From contig CM126233.1 in the NCBI GenBank assembly GCA_052327205.1, positions 33,294,001 to 33,358,000 on the forward strand: a stretch of 64,000 bases of DNA, written 5' to 3'. Below, in pieces: positions 10,042 to 22,527 of the stretch (the first letter of the stretch is position 1; each line of letters begins with the position of its first letter). This DNA comes from Somniosus microcephalus. Lineage: Eukaryota. The notes beneath the pieces were generated by a model. That model was given only the letters and a program-made list of their open reading frames with translations. It searched no databases and was not told the DNA's origin. The translations under genes and the position numbers were made by a program.

Positions 10042-11163
10042 TTACTGGAGCTGGAGCAGCTTCACAATATGACTGAGGGATTCTACCGAGGCGAAGGCCA
10101 AGTACTGACAGCAAAGCCAGACCTCGAGGCTAACACTGCATTCGGTGTCTATGGCCTTCTCTGCGAATTTGATCATGAGCAGCGTCCGTTTTAGGTCCAG
10201 CCAGTTCTGCAGCACGCTGTGCCTCTCCGCGCTGCTGCTGCGCGAGTTGAGCGTCTGGAGCAGGTCGTCTCGTGGTCCCCAAAGGAGGCACTGCAAGTAC
10301 ACTTTGGCATCTGAAATAAGGATGCGCTCCGAGGGATTGGGGTGCAGGAGGAGACCCGCCAGCTGCTGAAGCCCCTGGGAGTAGACGGAGCGTTTAGGGA
10401 TGGCGGGAAGGTCTATTCGGGTGTACTCCTTCTCTTTCAGTTCTGGGTTTTCTTCAAATGGATTGGGCAGGTGCAACATTTCGTAAATGAGTATTCCCGT
10501 TTGAAACTCATCACACTTTTTGTACTGGGTAATGGTGATGATCTCGGGTGCCAGTCTGGACTGATCCCTTAGCACCTCTAGATCTACCACCTGACTCTTC
10601 TGCTTGGCCTGGGAGAAGTTACTGACGATCAGTCGTGCCAGCTGCGTGGCTGGGTTCGTGTTTTCCGATTCACAGTCTCCTGGGGTTCCGTGCCGACACC
10701 GCACCAAGAGCAGATTCTCCAACCTCAAGTCGCAGTGTGTAACGTGGTGTGGCTTTAAGTGATTGAGGCCGGCACAGAGTTGGAGCAGCAGTAAGCACAC
10801 CTGCCGCTCGTAGATATCTGGGTTTTTCGCATGCCGAGGCGCTGATTCACGCACAAAGTCGGCAACAGTCTGGTATGGAACCTCTCGAGTGATGACCACC
10901 ACACGACTTCGGTGTTTGCTGGAAGTTCCCTTGGTACTGGAGTTGTTCTTTTTTATGGCATTAGGAACATCTGAGCTCTCTTCCTCTTCCTCCTCTTCTA
11001 ACACTGGGGCGTTGGGATCCTCCCAGGGAAGCATGCGGACTGGGACCTCAGCTAGGAAGTGCCCGCAGTCCTGTTGGATGTTGAAGTGCACGGCAAGGCT
11101 TTGTCTTACAGCCAGACTGTGGTAATACAGCTGCTGGGATGCTTTTGCTTGACTTTTACAAAT
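10042..11163 (-). CDS. PEAK1: PEAK1 last coding exon: pseudokinase domain and C-terminal SHED helices
   Basis: Acceptor cttttcttttccag|ATT at 11163. Translates ICKSQAKASQQLYYHSLAVRQSLAVHFNIQQDCGHF...HCDLRLENLLL...SNFSQAK...RLAPE...WLDLKRTLLMIKFAE. HRD is HCD and DFG is NFS, as in PEAK1. Stop TAA at 10044-10042. Confidence 0.97.
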   Translation of the reverse strand: MCKSQAKASQQLYYHSLAVRQSLAVHFNIQQDCGHFLAEVPVRMLPWEDPNAPVLEEEEEEESSDVPNAIKKNNSSTKGTSSKHRSRVVVITREVPYQTVADFVRESAPRHAKNPDIYERQVCLLLLQLCAGLNHLKPHHVTHCDLRLENLLLVRCRHGTPGDCESENTNPATQLARLIVSNFSQAKQKSQVVDLEVLRDQSRLAPEIITITQYKKCDEFQTGILIYEMLHLPNPFEENPELKEKEYTRIDLPAIPKRSVYSQGLQQLAGLLLHPNPSERILISDAKVYLQCLLWGPRDDLLQTLNSRSSSAERHSVLQNWLDLKRTLLMIKFAEKAIDTECSVSLEVWLCCQYLAFASVESLSHIVKLLQLQ

Positions 11164-11334
11164 CTGGAAAAGAAAAGGTGGAAGCTAAAAGTTAAAATCT
11201 AGAGAAGAGGGCACCTTTCCCAGTGAGCACAAAAAACTAATTCCTGTAGCTGCACATTTCCACCACTAGATGGAGCTTCATAATCTGCAGATTCCCAGGG
11301 CTGTACGACAATAACTTGCATTTACAGTATTTAC

Positions 11335-11676
11335 ATAGAATTTACAACACAGAAATAGGCCCAACTGGTCTATGCTCCACACGAGCCTCCTCCCACCCTA
11401 CTTCATCTCACCCCATCAACATATCCTGCTATTCCTTCCTCCCTCGTGTTTATCTAGCTTCTGCTTAAATGTATCTATACTATTCGCTTCAACCACTCCC
11501 TGTGGTAGCGAGTTCCACATTCTCACCGCTCTCTGGGGAAAGAAGTTTCTCCCGAATTCCCTATTGGATTTATTAGTGACTACCTTATATTTATGGCCCC
11601 TAGTTCCCTCACAAGCGGAAACGTGGTCTCTACATCTACCTTGTCGAACCCCTTCATACTTTTAAAGACCTCTATC
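11335..11676 (-). mobile_element. CR1 LINE 3' end
   Basis: Reverse complement of the CR1 end at 41040-41375. Confidence 0.85.
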
Positions 11677-11998
11677 AGGCTTTTCCACTGTTAGGAGCAT
11701 TACAGCCAAGCCCAATGCTGTGGTTACCTGATAGTCTCACACAGACACACACCCACCCCACCCCACATACACCCACCCCACACACACAGATACACCCACC
11801 CCACCCCACCCCACACACACAGATACACCCACCCCCACCCCACACACACAGATACACCCACCCCCACCCCACACACACAGATACACCCACCCCACCCCAC
11901 ACACACAGATACACCCACCCCCACCCCACACACTCTTCCAGCAAGGGTCAGTGGGTACCAATCAGGAGCAGGATCCCTGGTTGATTTACCCTCCCTAA
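11677..11998 (-). mobile_element. LF-SINE-like element with an internal minisatellite expansion
   Basis: Minus strand GTTAGGGAGGGTAAATCAACCAGGGATCCTGCTCCTGAT ... GGGCTTGGCTGTAATGCTCC resembles the LF-SINE body as I recall it, and shares motifs with 12690-12960, 16030-16245 and 36395-36685. Confidence 0.5.
11736..11932. repeat. Minisatellite, ~28-33-nt unit CACACACAGATACACCCACCCC(C)ACCC
   Basis: About six to seven tandem units are directly visible; they explain the low-complexity ORFs at 11675-12086. Confidence 0.9.
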
Positions 11999-12004
11999 CA
12001 TACT

Positions 12005-12490
12005 TAGTGGCTTTAACATAGGAAAAGTCCCAAGGCACTTCACAGAGGTATAATCTTTTTTTAAATGGGCAGCGAACCAAAGACAATATTAGGAGTTGTA
12101 ACCAAAAGTATGGTCAGAGGTGGGTTATGAGGAAAATCTTAAAGGAGGGAGAGAGAGAGATGAAGGGGGTTTAGGGAGGGAATTCCAGACCATGGGGCAT
12201 TGTTGGCTGAAGGCAAGGCCACCAATGGTGGGGCAAGGGGAGAGGGGAGATACACAAGAGGCCAGGGTGAGAGGAACAGGGAATTTGGGGGAAGGTGGCT
12301 GTAGGGCAGGATGGAAGTTAGAGATAGGGAGGGACGAGGACAAGATGATTAGAATTTTAAATCTGATGCATGGTGGGCCAGGAGCCAACATAGGTCAGTG
12401 TGGACAGGGCCGATGGGTGTGCGGGACTTGGTACGGGGTAGGATATGGGAGCAGTTTTGGATGAGCTGAAGTTTACGGAGGATGGGACGC
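12005..12490 (-). mobile_element. L2-type LINE 3' fragment
   Basis: Translates CIRFKILII...PTIGGLAFS..PMVWNSLP; homologous to 63155-63650. Confidence 0.75.
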
Positions 12491-12689
12491 CAGATTGGAA
12501 TAGTTAACAATCCACTAGGTAATACTGGAAAATAAAACGTGGCAGACAAAATTATAAAAATGCAAATTTAGCAGCAGCATTTATTCAGCCAAAGCAGCAG
12601 CAGAGACACAACAAATGACCAATCTTCCTTGGCAAGGATCACGGGAGGAGGGGCGAAACATCCAGACAGCTTCCAGTTAGAAAATACAT

Positions 12690-12960
12690 TCCCAGCTGTG
12701 AAGCTGAACCAGAGAGATTCGGAAGATCCCAGGTTTGATCTGCAGTCTGTGCTGTATGAGCTGATCTCAGCTGTGATGGCAGTAAGAGCCCTTGATTGCG
12801 ATTGAATGGTATCTGTCGGTAGCATGAACATATGAGTGAGGGCACAACCAGGCTTGACTATGATGCCTCCAGCACCAAATAGCTTGCCAGTATTCACTGT
12901 CCAGGCTGAAACATACAGGAGGGTTACATTGGCAAGGTACTGAATGATGGGCGGTGCCCA
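12690..12960 (+). mobile_element. Degenerate LF-SINE-like element
   Basis: GGAAGATCCCAGGTTTGATC..TCTGTGCTG..AGCTGATCTCAGC head, shared with 17497-17550, and AAATAGCTTGCCA..CACTGTC, shared with 36555-36580. Confidence 0.5.
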
Positions 12961-13214
12961 TGGAAATATAACCCTGCACGAGTGACTGCTTTCAGGAGAG
13001 GGGAGAAAATTGGAGTTGGTTTTGGCAGGGGGGGGGGGGGGGGGGGGTGGTGTGCATGATTGATAACAAGAACTGCTGTACATGGGAACCACTTTCTCAA
13101 ACTGAAGATAGGTCAGACCGACAAACTTGACTGTGCGTCTCATCCCTCAGTCATCCAGTCCGTCTTTTTCTTGGGAAGACGCATCACAAACAGCCACACA
13201 GTCCACTCCTGATA

Positions 13215-13747
13215 CAGGAAACTCTCGTTTAAACAGCACCTAAATATCCGGAATTCTCTTATTAACCAGCAAAATTCTCGCTCCGAAAACAACACCTCAA
13301 TAACCAGCAATGTTGCCGAGTCCGAGTCTCCCGCGGTGGCCGAGTTAGTCAGTGGGGGTAGTTCTCCATACTGTCACTACTCGGCTTCTTGGCGCTGTCG
13401 GAAGTCCGAACACCTCAATAACAGGAGTCTGACTCTCCCGCGCTGCCGGTAGTCTCTTCTGATCTGCCATTTTACAGGGTTACTGTGTGTCTCCCACGCT
13501 GCTGGTAGTCATTGCATTGCATTACCCTCAACTGGCAGTACTGTACTTAATCAAGCATCTTCCACCATCCATTTAACACAACATTCTGTAGGTGAGTACC
13601 CAATTACTGTATACTGCACATTTCTTGATTTTTTAATTTTTCTTTGTTAAAAATAGCCTCGGTAGATAACCCTCTCCGTCATCCGGAATTTTTGATCAAC
13701 CGGCAACACGGCGGTCCCATCGGTGCCGGATACCAAAGAGTTTCCTG
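13215..13747. mobile_element. pogo/Tigger-like MITE related to family A, 533 bp
   Basis: TIRs CAGGAAACTCT / AGAGTTTCCTG. TA on the left; right TSD altered. Subterminal GGTCCCATCGGTGCCGGATA shared with family A. Internal direct repeats. Confidence 0.75.
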
Positions 13748-14642
13748 ATAATTCTAAGTTGTATAGTGCACGAAAAAGATGTAAATTTATCCGATCATGT
13801 GAGTTTAGTAAATAACACAGCAAAGTGGGAATTTAGTCCTAAAAATTGAATTATTGAATGTTTTGAATTAAGCATCTTTGCATTAAGACTAGGCTATCTG
13901 CTTAACAAATGCGCTGTAGTAATGTTCTACATCACACTAGGAACATAAAAAAACAACTTTATTATCCAAAGAATGGGTCAACAAGGATCTCGAATCCACT
14001 CTTGGTCACAAAAAGTTGTTAACAAGGCAATAAACCTGTATTTCAACTGACTGAATTGTCAATGAGGAACGGTTTGAGCTGGTCTCGAAGGAGTAAAGTG
14101 CTTTATAATTCACTGTAAACAACCTCTGGAGTTTCAAAGTTCAACCAGTCCAGCTGAAACCCTAATGGAAACCTCATACGACGGTGCTTGTGATCCATCA
14201 AAGTCACGCAGGGGGAAAATAACACAAAAAGAAAAATGACAGAAATGAAATATCTGCCAGCTCGGAGGTTGTTAAGTTTCTTTTATCCAAAAGGTAGTGG
14301 AATGAATTACCAGATAACTTAACTAGAACACCAATGCTGGAAGCAATAACCCTCAAAGACTCTCGGTTCATTAAGGGAGAAGTTTCAGTTAATCTTCGAA
14401 TGCTGAATCCCCTTTGTAGCTTCCCGAGAAATGCTTTTGTTCACAGTTATGAGCTATACTAACTAACTTGGTAAAATGACAAAAAATGAACAGGAAATTA
14501 GATATTTGATCAATTTTATCAGTGTAGCCAATTTGGTGCGTTACAGTACACACCACTCAGATCCTGGGGAAAGGAAGAGGTACCATTTTTAGTTGAGAGC
14601 CTGACCATAAGAGAGAGACAGGTGGAAAAAGGCCATACATGG

Positions 14643-14869
14643 TGACGTAAGAAAATAACTAGGCACTTGGTCTAAGCGTTAAACAAAGCTTTAATCAACT
14701 GTTTTACAACATGGAGGTCTGGTTGTGTCCTTCACTAGTTCCTGTTAAGAATGTCCTGCGCAAGCTGGGCCCGTGCCCGAGTATTTATACTCTCCCTGGA
14801 CAGCGCCAACCGCAGGCTGCTCAGTATTATTTCATAAGTCTTTCTTTCATGAATGGCTGATTCATGTCA
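14643..14869 (-). mobile_element. Solo LTR, 227 bp, 5-bp TSD CATGG
   Basis: TG...CA ends; CATGG at 14638-14642 and 14870-14874; TATAAATA box and ATTAAA on the minus strand; inverted homolog of 24731-24956. Confidence 0.8.
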
Positions 14870-16029
14870 CATGGCACTTCTTAGCTCATCCAACTGCCTT
14901 TTAAATCAGGAACGTCCAAAGCTTTTGTTTCCATGGTCTGTGCACCATTAAACCTCAGGGACACACAGATATTTATTCTTATTTATTTTTATAGAACTCA
15001 AATTGCTGATACTAACAGATCTTAAGAGTTCTGATTTAGAATCCATTCACCAATGAGGGAACAACAGCACTGAGAACAGCTCTTGCCAACTCTCCAGGCC
15101 CACAACATTCAAACAGGGCAGGCCAGCCAGTAAGCAGCACAAATGCAAACAGAGCCAAGTTGCCTGGGCTTTGTAAGCTGAATTGCCATGACTTTAAGGT
15201 CACATGTTGCCCACAGGCTGTAGTTTGAAGTCCTTTTATCTTAACTGACTCCGAAACTTTTGCCTTCACAGATCTAGCTGCAAGGGTTGCGCACTCTTTG
15301 AAGAACTTTCTAACATCAGTTCTACATTTGATAAGAAATATGTTTTAAAAAGATGGTGACTCGGCTCAGAGCAGAGATTGAGCCAAGGACATTCCTAGCT
15401 CAGAACCTCACCAGCAATGCATTAATTACTTGAAGCCATTGAGGAAATCCCACATTTAAAATCTCTTGACTGAACTAACAAACTTTAATTAACACAACAC
15501 TTAATACAATTGCCGGCAATTATTCCCTGCCCCCTTTAGCACGACCTTCCCTGTTGAAAGTATTTTACTAGTATATCCAAGGCTTGTCTCACATTACCCT
15601 CCTAGAGTATTCGCAGGCGCAGTGACAAGGCAGAGGCCAGACATTCTCCAGCTGGCATTATCTGCTTTTGTGAGGAGAAACACATTTTCATTTGGCTACT
15701 AATCAGGGCACAATCAAAACTGTATCTAGATGGAGAATTTTAAATCCCAGTCATTTTTTCAATCTGGTTAATTTCACAACATAAAATAATAAAAAAAAAT
15801 TGGAAGGAAGAATGAAAACCTTACTAAACGCAAAGAGTTAACAATTATATGTAAGCGAGACTCCATGCAATCGTGCAAAAACTAAGTGTAGAGGAAGTGG
15901 TCAGGCACCGAAGACTCATTGAAATGACACGACGATATATTAGTCTGGCACCTTCACCTTCCTGTTAGAGACGCAATTAGTGCAAATACTGTGTGACGAC
16001 GGGACTGATGTTCTTCCCTTTCGATTCCT

Positions 16030-16245
16030 TCAGAGGTTCCCACTGTTGCTCGCTGATCCAGCAATCCCAGCTGGAAAGTGGGCACGTGCGGACACCTTGG
16101 CTATCCACGATGCTACCCACTGTCAGATAGCCCATCAACACTCACTGGCTAGACTCACATAATGATCAGTCATTCGGGTGAGGTCGGAGATCTCTGGTGG
16201 TGTCTGTGTGAAACCCTATCCCAGCCCAGCATAAGTCAGCACCTT
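16030..16245 (+). mobile_element. Degenerate LF-SINE-like 3' half
   Basis: GCTGGAAAGTG..., ATAGCC..CAACACTCACTG.CTAGACTCACAT..., AGTCAGCACCTT; similar to 36510-36670. Confidence 0.4.
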
Positions 16246-17444
16246 TGTGTGTGTGTGGGGGGGGGGGGGGGGGAAAGAAGAGATAAAATGGTAAAATACT
16301 CGAGTAAACACAGGTGCACTTGGATAGGAGACTGTTTCTGTATTCCAATTGTTATGACTGTGTAACATTTACATTTCAGAAGAGATCGTGTTAGAACAAA
16401 ACATCCACAATCTTGCTTTCTGTAAACCCTTCAGTGCTGAAACAACACCATAAAATTACTGATTCATTAAATAAACATTATGCTGGCTGGTGGCCTTTAG
16501 ATACACACCTCCACTAGAGAATCTTCTTTTGCTAAAATAAAGGCCAGCACTGCAAATTCATTGTCATCAGACTACAATCTAATAAATTTCAATTGTGACC
16601 GAGTGAAACAAAGACACTGAATCAGCCAACCATCGTGTTCGACTCAAACTGAAGTTCCATTTCCACACCAACAGGTTCCATGAAGCATTAGTTAAACCTC
16701 ACCGAGTGTTACACATGTGCTCGAGGGTAGAACTCACTGTTGGCGACATTAATATACAAATGCTAAACACGTGTCAAATTGTTTTTAATGGCGCCGTTAA
16801 CTGGTTTAACATAAATGCGTTAATGCTTGTGTTAAAACAGGAGCGTGAGGTCTTGGATATGAACACATTAAGCAATCATGTGATAAAATAGCTCACAACA
16901 ATTTTCAGGCCACGGAGGCAGAGAACGGGAACAAGGATGGTCCCAAGTTTTAAATGATTGAACTTCAAAGGGAGGCTACAGAAGAGAAATCTATTCTCAT
17001 TAGAAAAAAAAGGGGAATTAAACTCATTTGTTTCATATAACAGAGACAATTAATAAAAGGTGACTCGAGAGAGGGATTCTGTACAAAAAGATAAAAGACC
17101 CAATGAACGAGATTATAGAGAAAATAACAAGTTTAAGGAATAATTTAACACTTCAGTGTCACTGATTTATGGAAAATCACAATAAATGTGGCTCGGCTAA
17201 CGCTAAGGGAATTGGATTGATTCCAGATGTAGCAGGGAGTTGTGGCGTATGGATTTAGGGTGGGAAAATAACAAAACAAATGGTTAGCTGGGCCTTGCTG
17301 TTGAAGTGAACGGACTTTACTGTTCTCACATTCTTTCGTTCTCGAGCTCTTCTAAAATTAGAACTCAGCGTGAATAATTTCAACAAGGAGGAGGCAATCA
17401 ACTGCAATGAAGATTATACTGTAGGCCTAAAGATCACTGCTGGC

Positions 17445-17585
17445 TTGCTGAGTTAAGTGCATCAGCATCCAGTGTGGTACAAAGCCATAAAGTCCAGGAA
17501 GGTGCCAGGTTTGATCATTGGACAGTGTTGTATTTGTTGATTCTAGCTGGGGCAGTGGTAGGCAGATTATAATTGGCCTCAGTGT
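17445..17585 (+). mobile_element. Degenerate LF-SINE-like 5' part
   Basis: CCAGGAAGGTGCCAGGTTTGATC...GGGGCAGTGGTAGG...AATTGGCCTCAG. Confidence 0.45.
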
Positions 17586-18141
17586 CTGGTCATTCATCCG
17601 AAACAATATGGTATAAACACTAGTCAGTATGTTATTTTACATTGTCATTTATAAATGATAAACTTTTGTACATTTCTTTCCCCCCATACAATGACGGCAG
17701 AAAATGGATCACAGAAAACGTCAAGTCACTGATCATTTCATTAGTTGGAGTCGGGTTCATTCGGTCAATCTGTCACTTTGGAGTGGGTTAGGTCTGTCTG
17801 AATAATGTCACTGCTGTTCGACTTTGTCAACTTTAAGAGTCAGGAAATTGTGGGTTCCTCTTAACAACCCGATAGTTTGAAGCCAAGTGCACACTAATTT
17901 ATTATCCAAGGGTGTTTCTCGACGAGGTTAGGGGACATGTAGCGCACGGTTACAACAGCAGATGCTAGGTTGCATAAAAATGACTCCGAGACTTCCGAAG
18001 AATTAACATATGGAGTGTATTGCCATTTTGTACAGCAAAGGTTTGAAAACTGGAGCCCACATACACTAGGGGTTCCTGAGTTCATCAGACTTCTAACCGT
18101 CCATAATCAGATTTGTGTATTTGTTGGCTTACTGCTGCATT

Positions 18142-18405
18142 ACAACAACAATTTGCATTAATATAGCACCTTTAACATGGAAACACTGCTCAAGGTGCTT
18201 CATAGAGGTCTAGTGAGACTAAAATGGATGTAGAGCCAAAGAAGGAGATGGTAGGAGAGCTCACCAGAAGCTTGGTCAAAGAGCTGTACAATCTGAAGGC
18301 ATGCCGCCAATGGTGGGGCAAAAGACACTGAAGTCGGAGGGGCGGAGAGCTCTGGGGGTGGGCGATGGAGATTGTAGGGCTGGAGGAGATTAGAGATAGG
18401 GTTGA
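18142..18405 (-). mobile_element. L2-type LINE 3' end
   Basis: (CAA)n-TTGCATT.ATATAGCACCTTTAAC tail and ISNLLQPYN motif; homologous to 38608-38975. Confidence 0.7.
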
Positions 18406-20048
18406 GCAAAGTTACAAAGGGTTAAGAAAGAAACTATAAGCCAGGTGATCATGTATTCCAACATACACTGTTAAAGCAGTAACTAGATTTTAAAAGTTGC
18501 TATAATACTTGCCAGCTAAGAAATCCCCATCCAAAAATGTGAAGTCTTTTAGAATTTGAATGCTAACAGATCTCTGGTCCATCAATGCATGGTCTTTCTC
18601 CAGTGAGAAGAAAGGAGAATTGGAGGGAAAGCTATTGTGGACCACTCGTTCTCCTCCTGGTGGGCAGATTAAGAGTATTGCAAATTGGAGTTTGCAAACG
18701 AGCACCTGCCTCTAACCAACAGTTTACCATGAAGACACCAATGATTGTGTGGGAGGAGGGAGGTGGGGGAACTGGAAATGAGGCAGGGTAAAGTTGTGGC
18801 ACTTCTACCGAGAAGGCAAAAGGGTTAATTTTGTTGTAGAATATTTTTGTTAATTTGAATATGTTAAAATAATTGTACTTAAATGTATAAAGATTATTCA
18901 CAAGACTGTAAAGCTGTGTTATGAAAAATAAAAGTGGCATGGAAATAAAAATTAACAGCAACTATCCTTAAAGTCACAGATACAGCAGGAAACAGAATGG
19001 ATGCAGTGCAAGTTGGGTACGGCAGGATGAGCTGAGGTATCACCTGAGGCATCGACAGCTAAAGTGTTGTAAAATTCAGAAATATATAATTTTCAAGAAG
19101 TTTGGGTTTGAATGCTTCGATTTAAAGCACTTTTGGAGTGAGGGTCTGAGGAGAGCACAGAATAAAAACTGTCTAAGCAAAATCTTGCAGGAATAAGCTG
19201 TTGCCAAGCAACCAAGGAAGTGGAAACTACAGACAAGTACTTAAGACCACCCAAGACAGAAATCTTAATACTGTATAAGCTGCCAAATCCTGTAACCAAC
19301 AGTCACAGTTAATGAGACTAAATTTTTAAATAAAGTTGCATTTTTGCTCCTTTATTCAAAGGCACTTATCCAACGACATGTGTTATTAATTATACCTAAA
19401 CTTGAAAGAATTTGACACTGCACTGCTTATTTCAAGTAATTCAAAAAGCATGTGAATTCTCACGATATTTTATGAGACAGGAAAAAGAAAAACTCTCTTT
19501 AAAATGTACAAGTTTGAAGCTCAAGTGGCTACATTCCCAGAGGAACACATGAAACCCATGGCTTTTTTTCTTATTCCTAGAGCTTGTCTGTTGAGCAGCA
19601 AGTCTCAAATATCACTAATCACATAAATACAGGTAGCTGGGAGGAAATTCCAAACCATGCTTGCTGCAGCAGTACCTAAACCCCCATCCGCACCAACATT
19701 GTCCACATTCTCCTCATAAGGAAATCGGTCTGAATTTGTGTTGACACAGTGGCCATACTTTGATCTCGAAGAGTGGTGACATATTGACTTCCCATCACAT
19801 TTAGATTACTGGCTTTACTTGCAGAATATAAGTGCGAGGAGAAAGATTGAATGGACTCGCACATCATATAACTGATTATAAATACTTCTGCCAGGTTAAA
19901 CAAGTTGATAGTCTGCTGGCTACAAACACCGTTGAAACTTTGAACCTGGACTGATATCCCTTTGTTCGAGTCCATCCAATAACCGTCGACTTTGAACAGA
20001 AGCACAACGTTGTCCTGCACTCTTGGGAGGGGCGAAAAAAATGGAGTA

Positions 20049-20366
20049 CAGGAAACTTTGGTTTATCCGGAGGTTAACTGTCCGGAATGTTCGAGTCACC
20101 GGCAAAAATCAGGAGCCGTTTCGTTAGGTTTTTTTTCTTTTCGTTGCTTTTTTTTTTCCACCAGTCAGGCTTTGCAAGGTCTCGCTGAAGCTGTTGCTAA
20201 GCTACAGAGACGCTTACAAGGTACGGCCGACTGCAACAGGGTTTGTTGCCAGATACGGAGCTCAAAAGCTTCCGTATGTTTCAACATTAGCGCTGGTTTG
20301 TCCGGCAGTTTTGATGGGACGGCAACAGCTCGGTCCCGTCGGTGCCGGATAGCACAAAGTTTCCTG
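20049..20366 (-). mobile_element. pogo/Tigger-like MITE, family A
   Basis: CAGGAAACTTTG TIRs, TA TSD, near-identical to 32497-32819. Confidence 0.9.
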
Positions 20367-20475
20367 TAGCTATAAACAACATCTCCCCGCCAGAAAAAAG
20401 TGCAAACTGTTTCTTTGGACACCGTCTAAATGGTGATTATTTGTGTGCGAGTATCGACAGCACCTGGCTGTTAGT

Positions 20476-20660
20476 ACATAGAATTAACAGCACAGAAACA
20501 GGCCATTCGGCCCAACTGGTCCATGCTGGTGTTTATGCTCCACACGAGCCTCCTCCCACCCCTCTTCATCTCACCCCATCAACATATCCTTCTATTCCTT
20601 TCTCCCTCCTGTGTTTATCCAGCTTCCCCTCAATGAATCCATGCTATGCGCCTCAATTAC
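20476..20660 (-). mobile_element. CR1 3' tail
   Basis: Same sequence type as 11335-11500 and 49012-49205. Confidence 0.75.
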
Positions 20661-20767
20661 TACAGTGATTCTGTCCAGTTTCCACAAAAACTGCCTTGGC
20701 TATGGTTTTTCGTGATGACCAAATTTTGGTACGCTAAAAAATGGTGAGAATCATTCTGAGCGCTTAC

Positions 20768-21549
20768 CTTGATTGCATATTGGTTATAGAGGTCCTTAGC
20801 ATAGGATGCTGTGTAGTAAACGGCATCACCTGCCTCACAGCAAGGTTTATCGCTCGTCAGTCTGAAGTCTGACCAGTTGTCCAGTCCAAAGCGAAGCTGG
20901 TTCTTTTGGCCCTCCATGAATTTGTCCTCACATTTAGCTGCCAGTTTCCGCAGCGAGTCTGTATGGAGATTTCGAATCTTTATCACCACCTCCTCTTTGT
21001 TCTCAATCCCTTTGTACAGTGCGTGCCTTTGTGGCTTTTGTATGCTTTTACCGGGTCTCTGAGGAAAACGATTCTTCTCGGATAGTGAATCCAAGCTATT
21101 TGAGCACCTTTCCTTACTGCTGCTCATGGCAAGGCTGCAGGTACTGTTGGCCATTGATGAAATGCTGGCCTTTGTCACTGACTTGCCCACTGCTCTGTCC
21201 AGTGAATCTCCCGACTCATTGTCACATATTCTGGCATCTGAGCTAAGTGAGGAACAAGCACTTGATGCATCCCAGTTTGCGTCCCCAGGATACTCTACAT
21301 CATACAGTGGGTTTGCCAAGTTAACATTGTGCCCAGAATTTCTCACTTCTATCATTTTGTGGACATAGTCCTTTGATGCTGGATCAGTGTTTGCTCGGAT
21401 TATGGTCTTTTTTGGAAGAGGGGGTGGTGTTGGCTGACTCTCGGACATGGTTTCCTGTTCTGTGGATCCCGAAAATGCAATGGCATCATCTGAAGCTCCT
21501 TTCACTTGTCTTGGCTGCTTCAGGGGTATCATGTTGGCCCGCGATTGCC
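20768..21549 (-). CDS. PEAK1: PEAK1 coding exon 3: Crk-SH3 and 14-3-3 motifs, N-terminal SHED helix, start of pseudokinase
   Basis: Acceptor ttgtatag|GG CAA TCG (phase 1) and donor ATC AAG|gtaagc (phase 0), 782 bp. Encodes GQSRANM...PPPLPKKTIIRANT...NPLY...LHTDSLRKLAAKCED...WSDFRLTSDKPCCEAGDAVYY...YAIK. Confidence 0.96.
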
Positions 21550-21857
21550 CTATACAATCACATAAAAAAAGCTTTAGAATCATAGTACTGTTCGACAACA
21601 TATGCACTTTACTGAACAACTGCACAGTTTTTAATAAAAACACACTTTGGATTGAACATGGCTTCTGAACACTAACTTCCGATACCGGTGAAAATGTATT
21701 TCTCAGTGTTCAATATAAATTTTGGAATTTCATAGATCAATTTAAGCGTTTAGCTTTCAGGCCATAAGAGGATTGCGAACCAGCACTTCTGATCAGTAAA
21801 GCACGATGAACATAATTGCAGTGCACTGGAGCCATAGTGCAGTCACAGTTCATTAAC

Positions 21858-22527
21858 TGCAGCAGGCGGTTAAGAAGGCAAATGGTATGTTGGCCTTCAT
21901 AGCGAGAGGGTTCGAGTACGGGAGCAAGGATGTCTTGCTGCAGTTGTACAGGGCCTTGGTGAGACCACACCTTCAGTATTGTGTGCAGTTTTGGTCGCCT
22001 TATCTGAGGAAGGATGTTCTTGCCATGGAGGGAGTGCAGCAAAGATTCACCAGACTGATACCTGGGATGGCAGGAATGACGTATGAGGAGAGATTGGATC
22101 GACTAGGCTTATAGTCGCTAGAGTTTAGAAGAATGAGAGGGGATCTCATTGAAACTTATAAAATTCTAACAGGACTAGACAGACTAGATGCAGGAAGGAT
22201 GTTCCCGATGGTGGGGGAGTCCAGAACCAGGGGTCACAGTCTAAGGATAAGGGGTAAGCCATTTAGGATTGAGATGAGGAGGAATTTCTTCACCCAGAAA
22301 GTGGTGAACCTGTGGAATTCTCTACCACAGAAGGCAGTTGAGGCCAATTCATTAAATATATTCAAGAAGGAGTTGGATATATTTCTTAAGGCTAAAGGGA
22401 TCAAGGGTATGGGGAGAAAGCAGGGACAGGGTACTGAGTTTGGATGATCAGCCATGATCTCATTAAATGGCGGAGCAGGCTCGAGGGGCCGAATGACCTA
22501 CTCCTGCTCCTATCTTCTATGTTTCTA
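21858..22527 (+). mobile_element. 5'-truncated CR1 LINE
   Basis: ORF2 C-terminus (LYRALVRPHL.YCVQFWSP; FFTQKVVNLWNSLP) with an in-frame stop, plus 3' UTR; very similar to 60825-61826. Confidence 0.92.

Noticed and set aside
11675-12086. Cys/Val/Gly- and His/Thr/Pro-rich ORFs
   Set aside because: Translations of the minisatellite.
20660-21643. 327-aa ORF as a standalone gene
   Set aside because: PEAK1 exon 20768-21549 plus intronic read-through on both sides.
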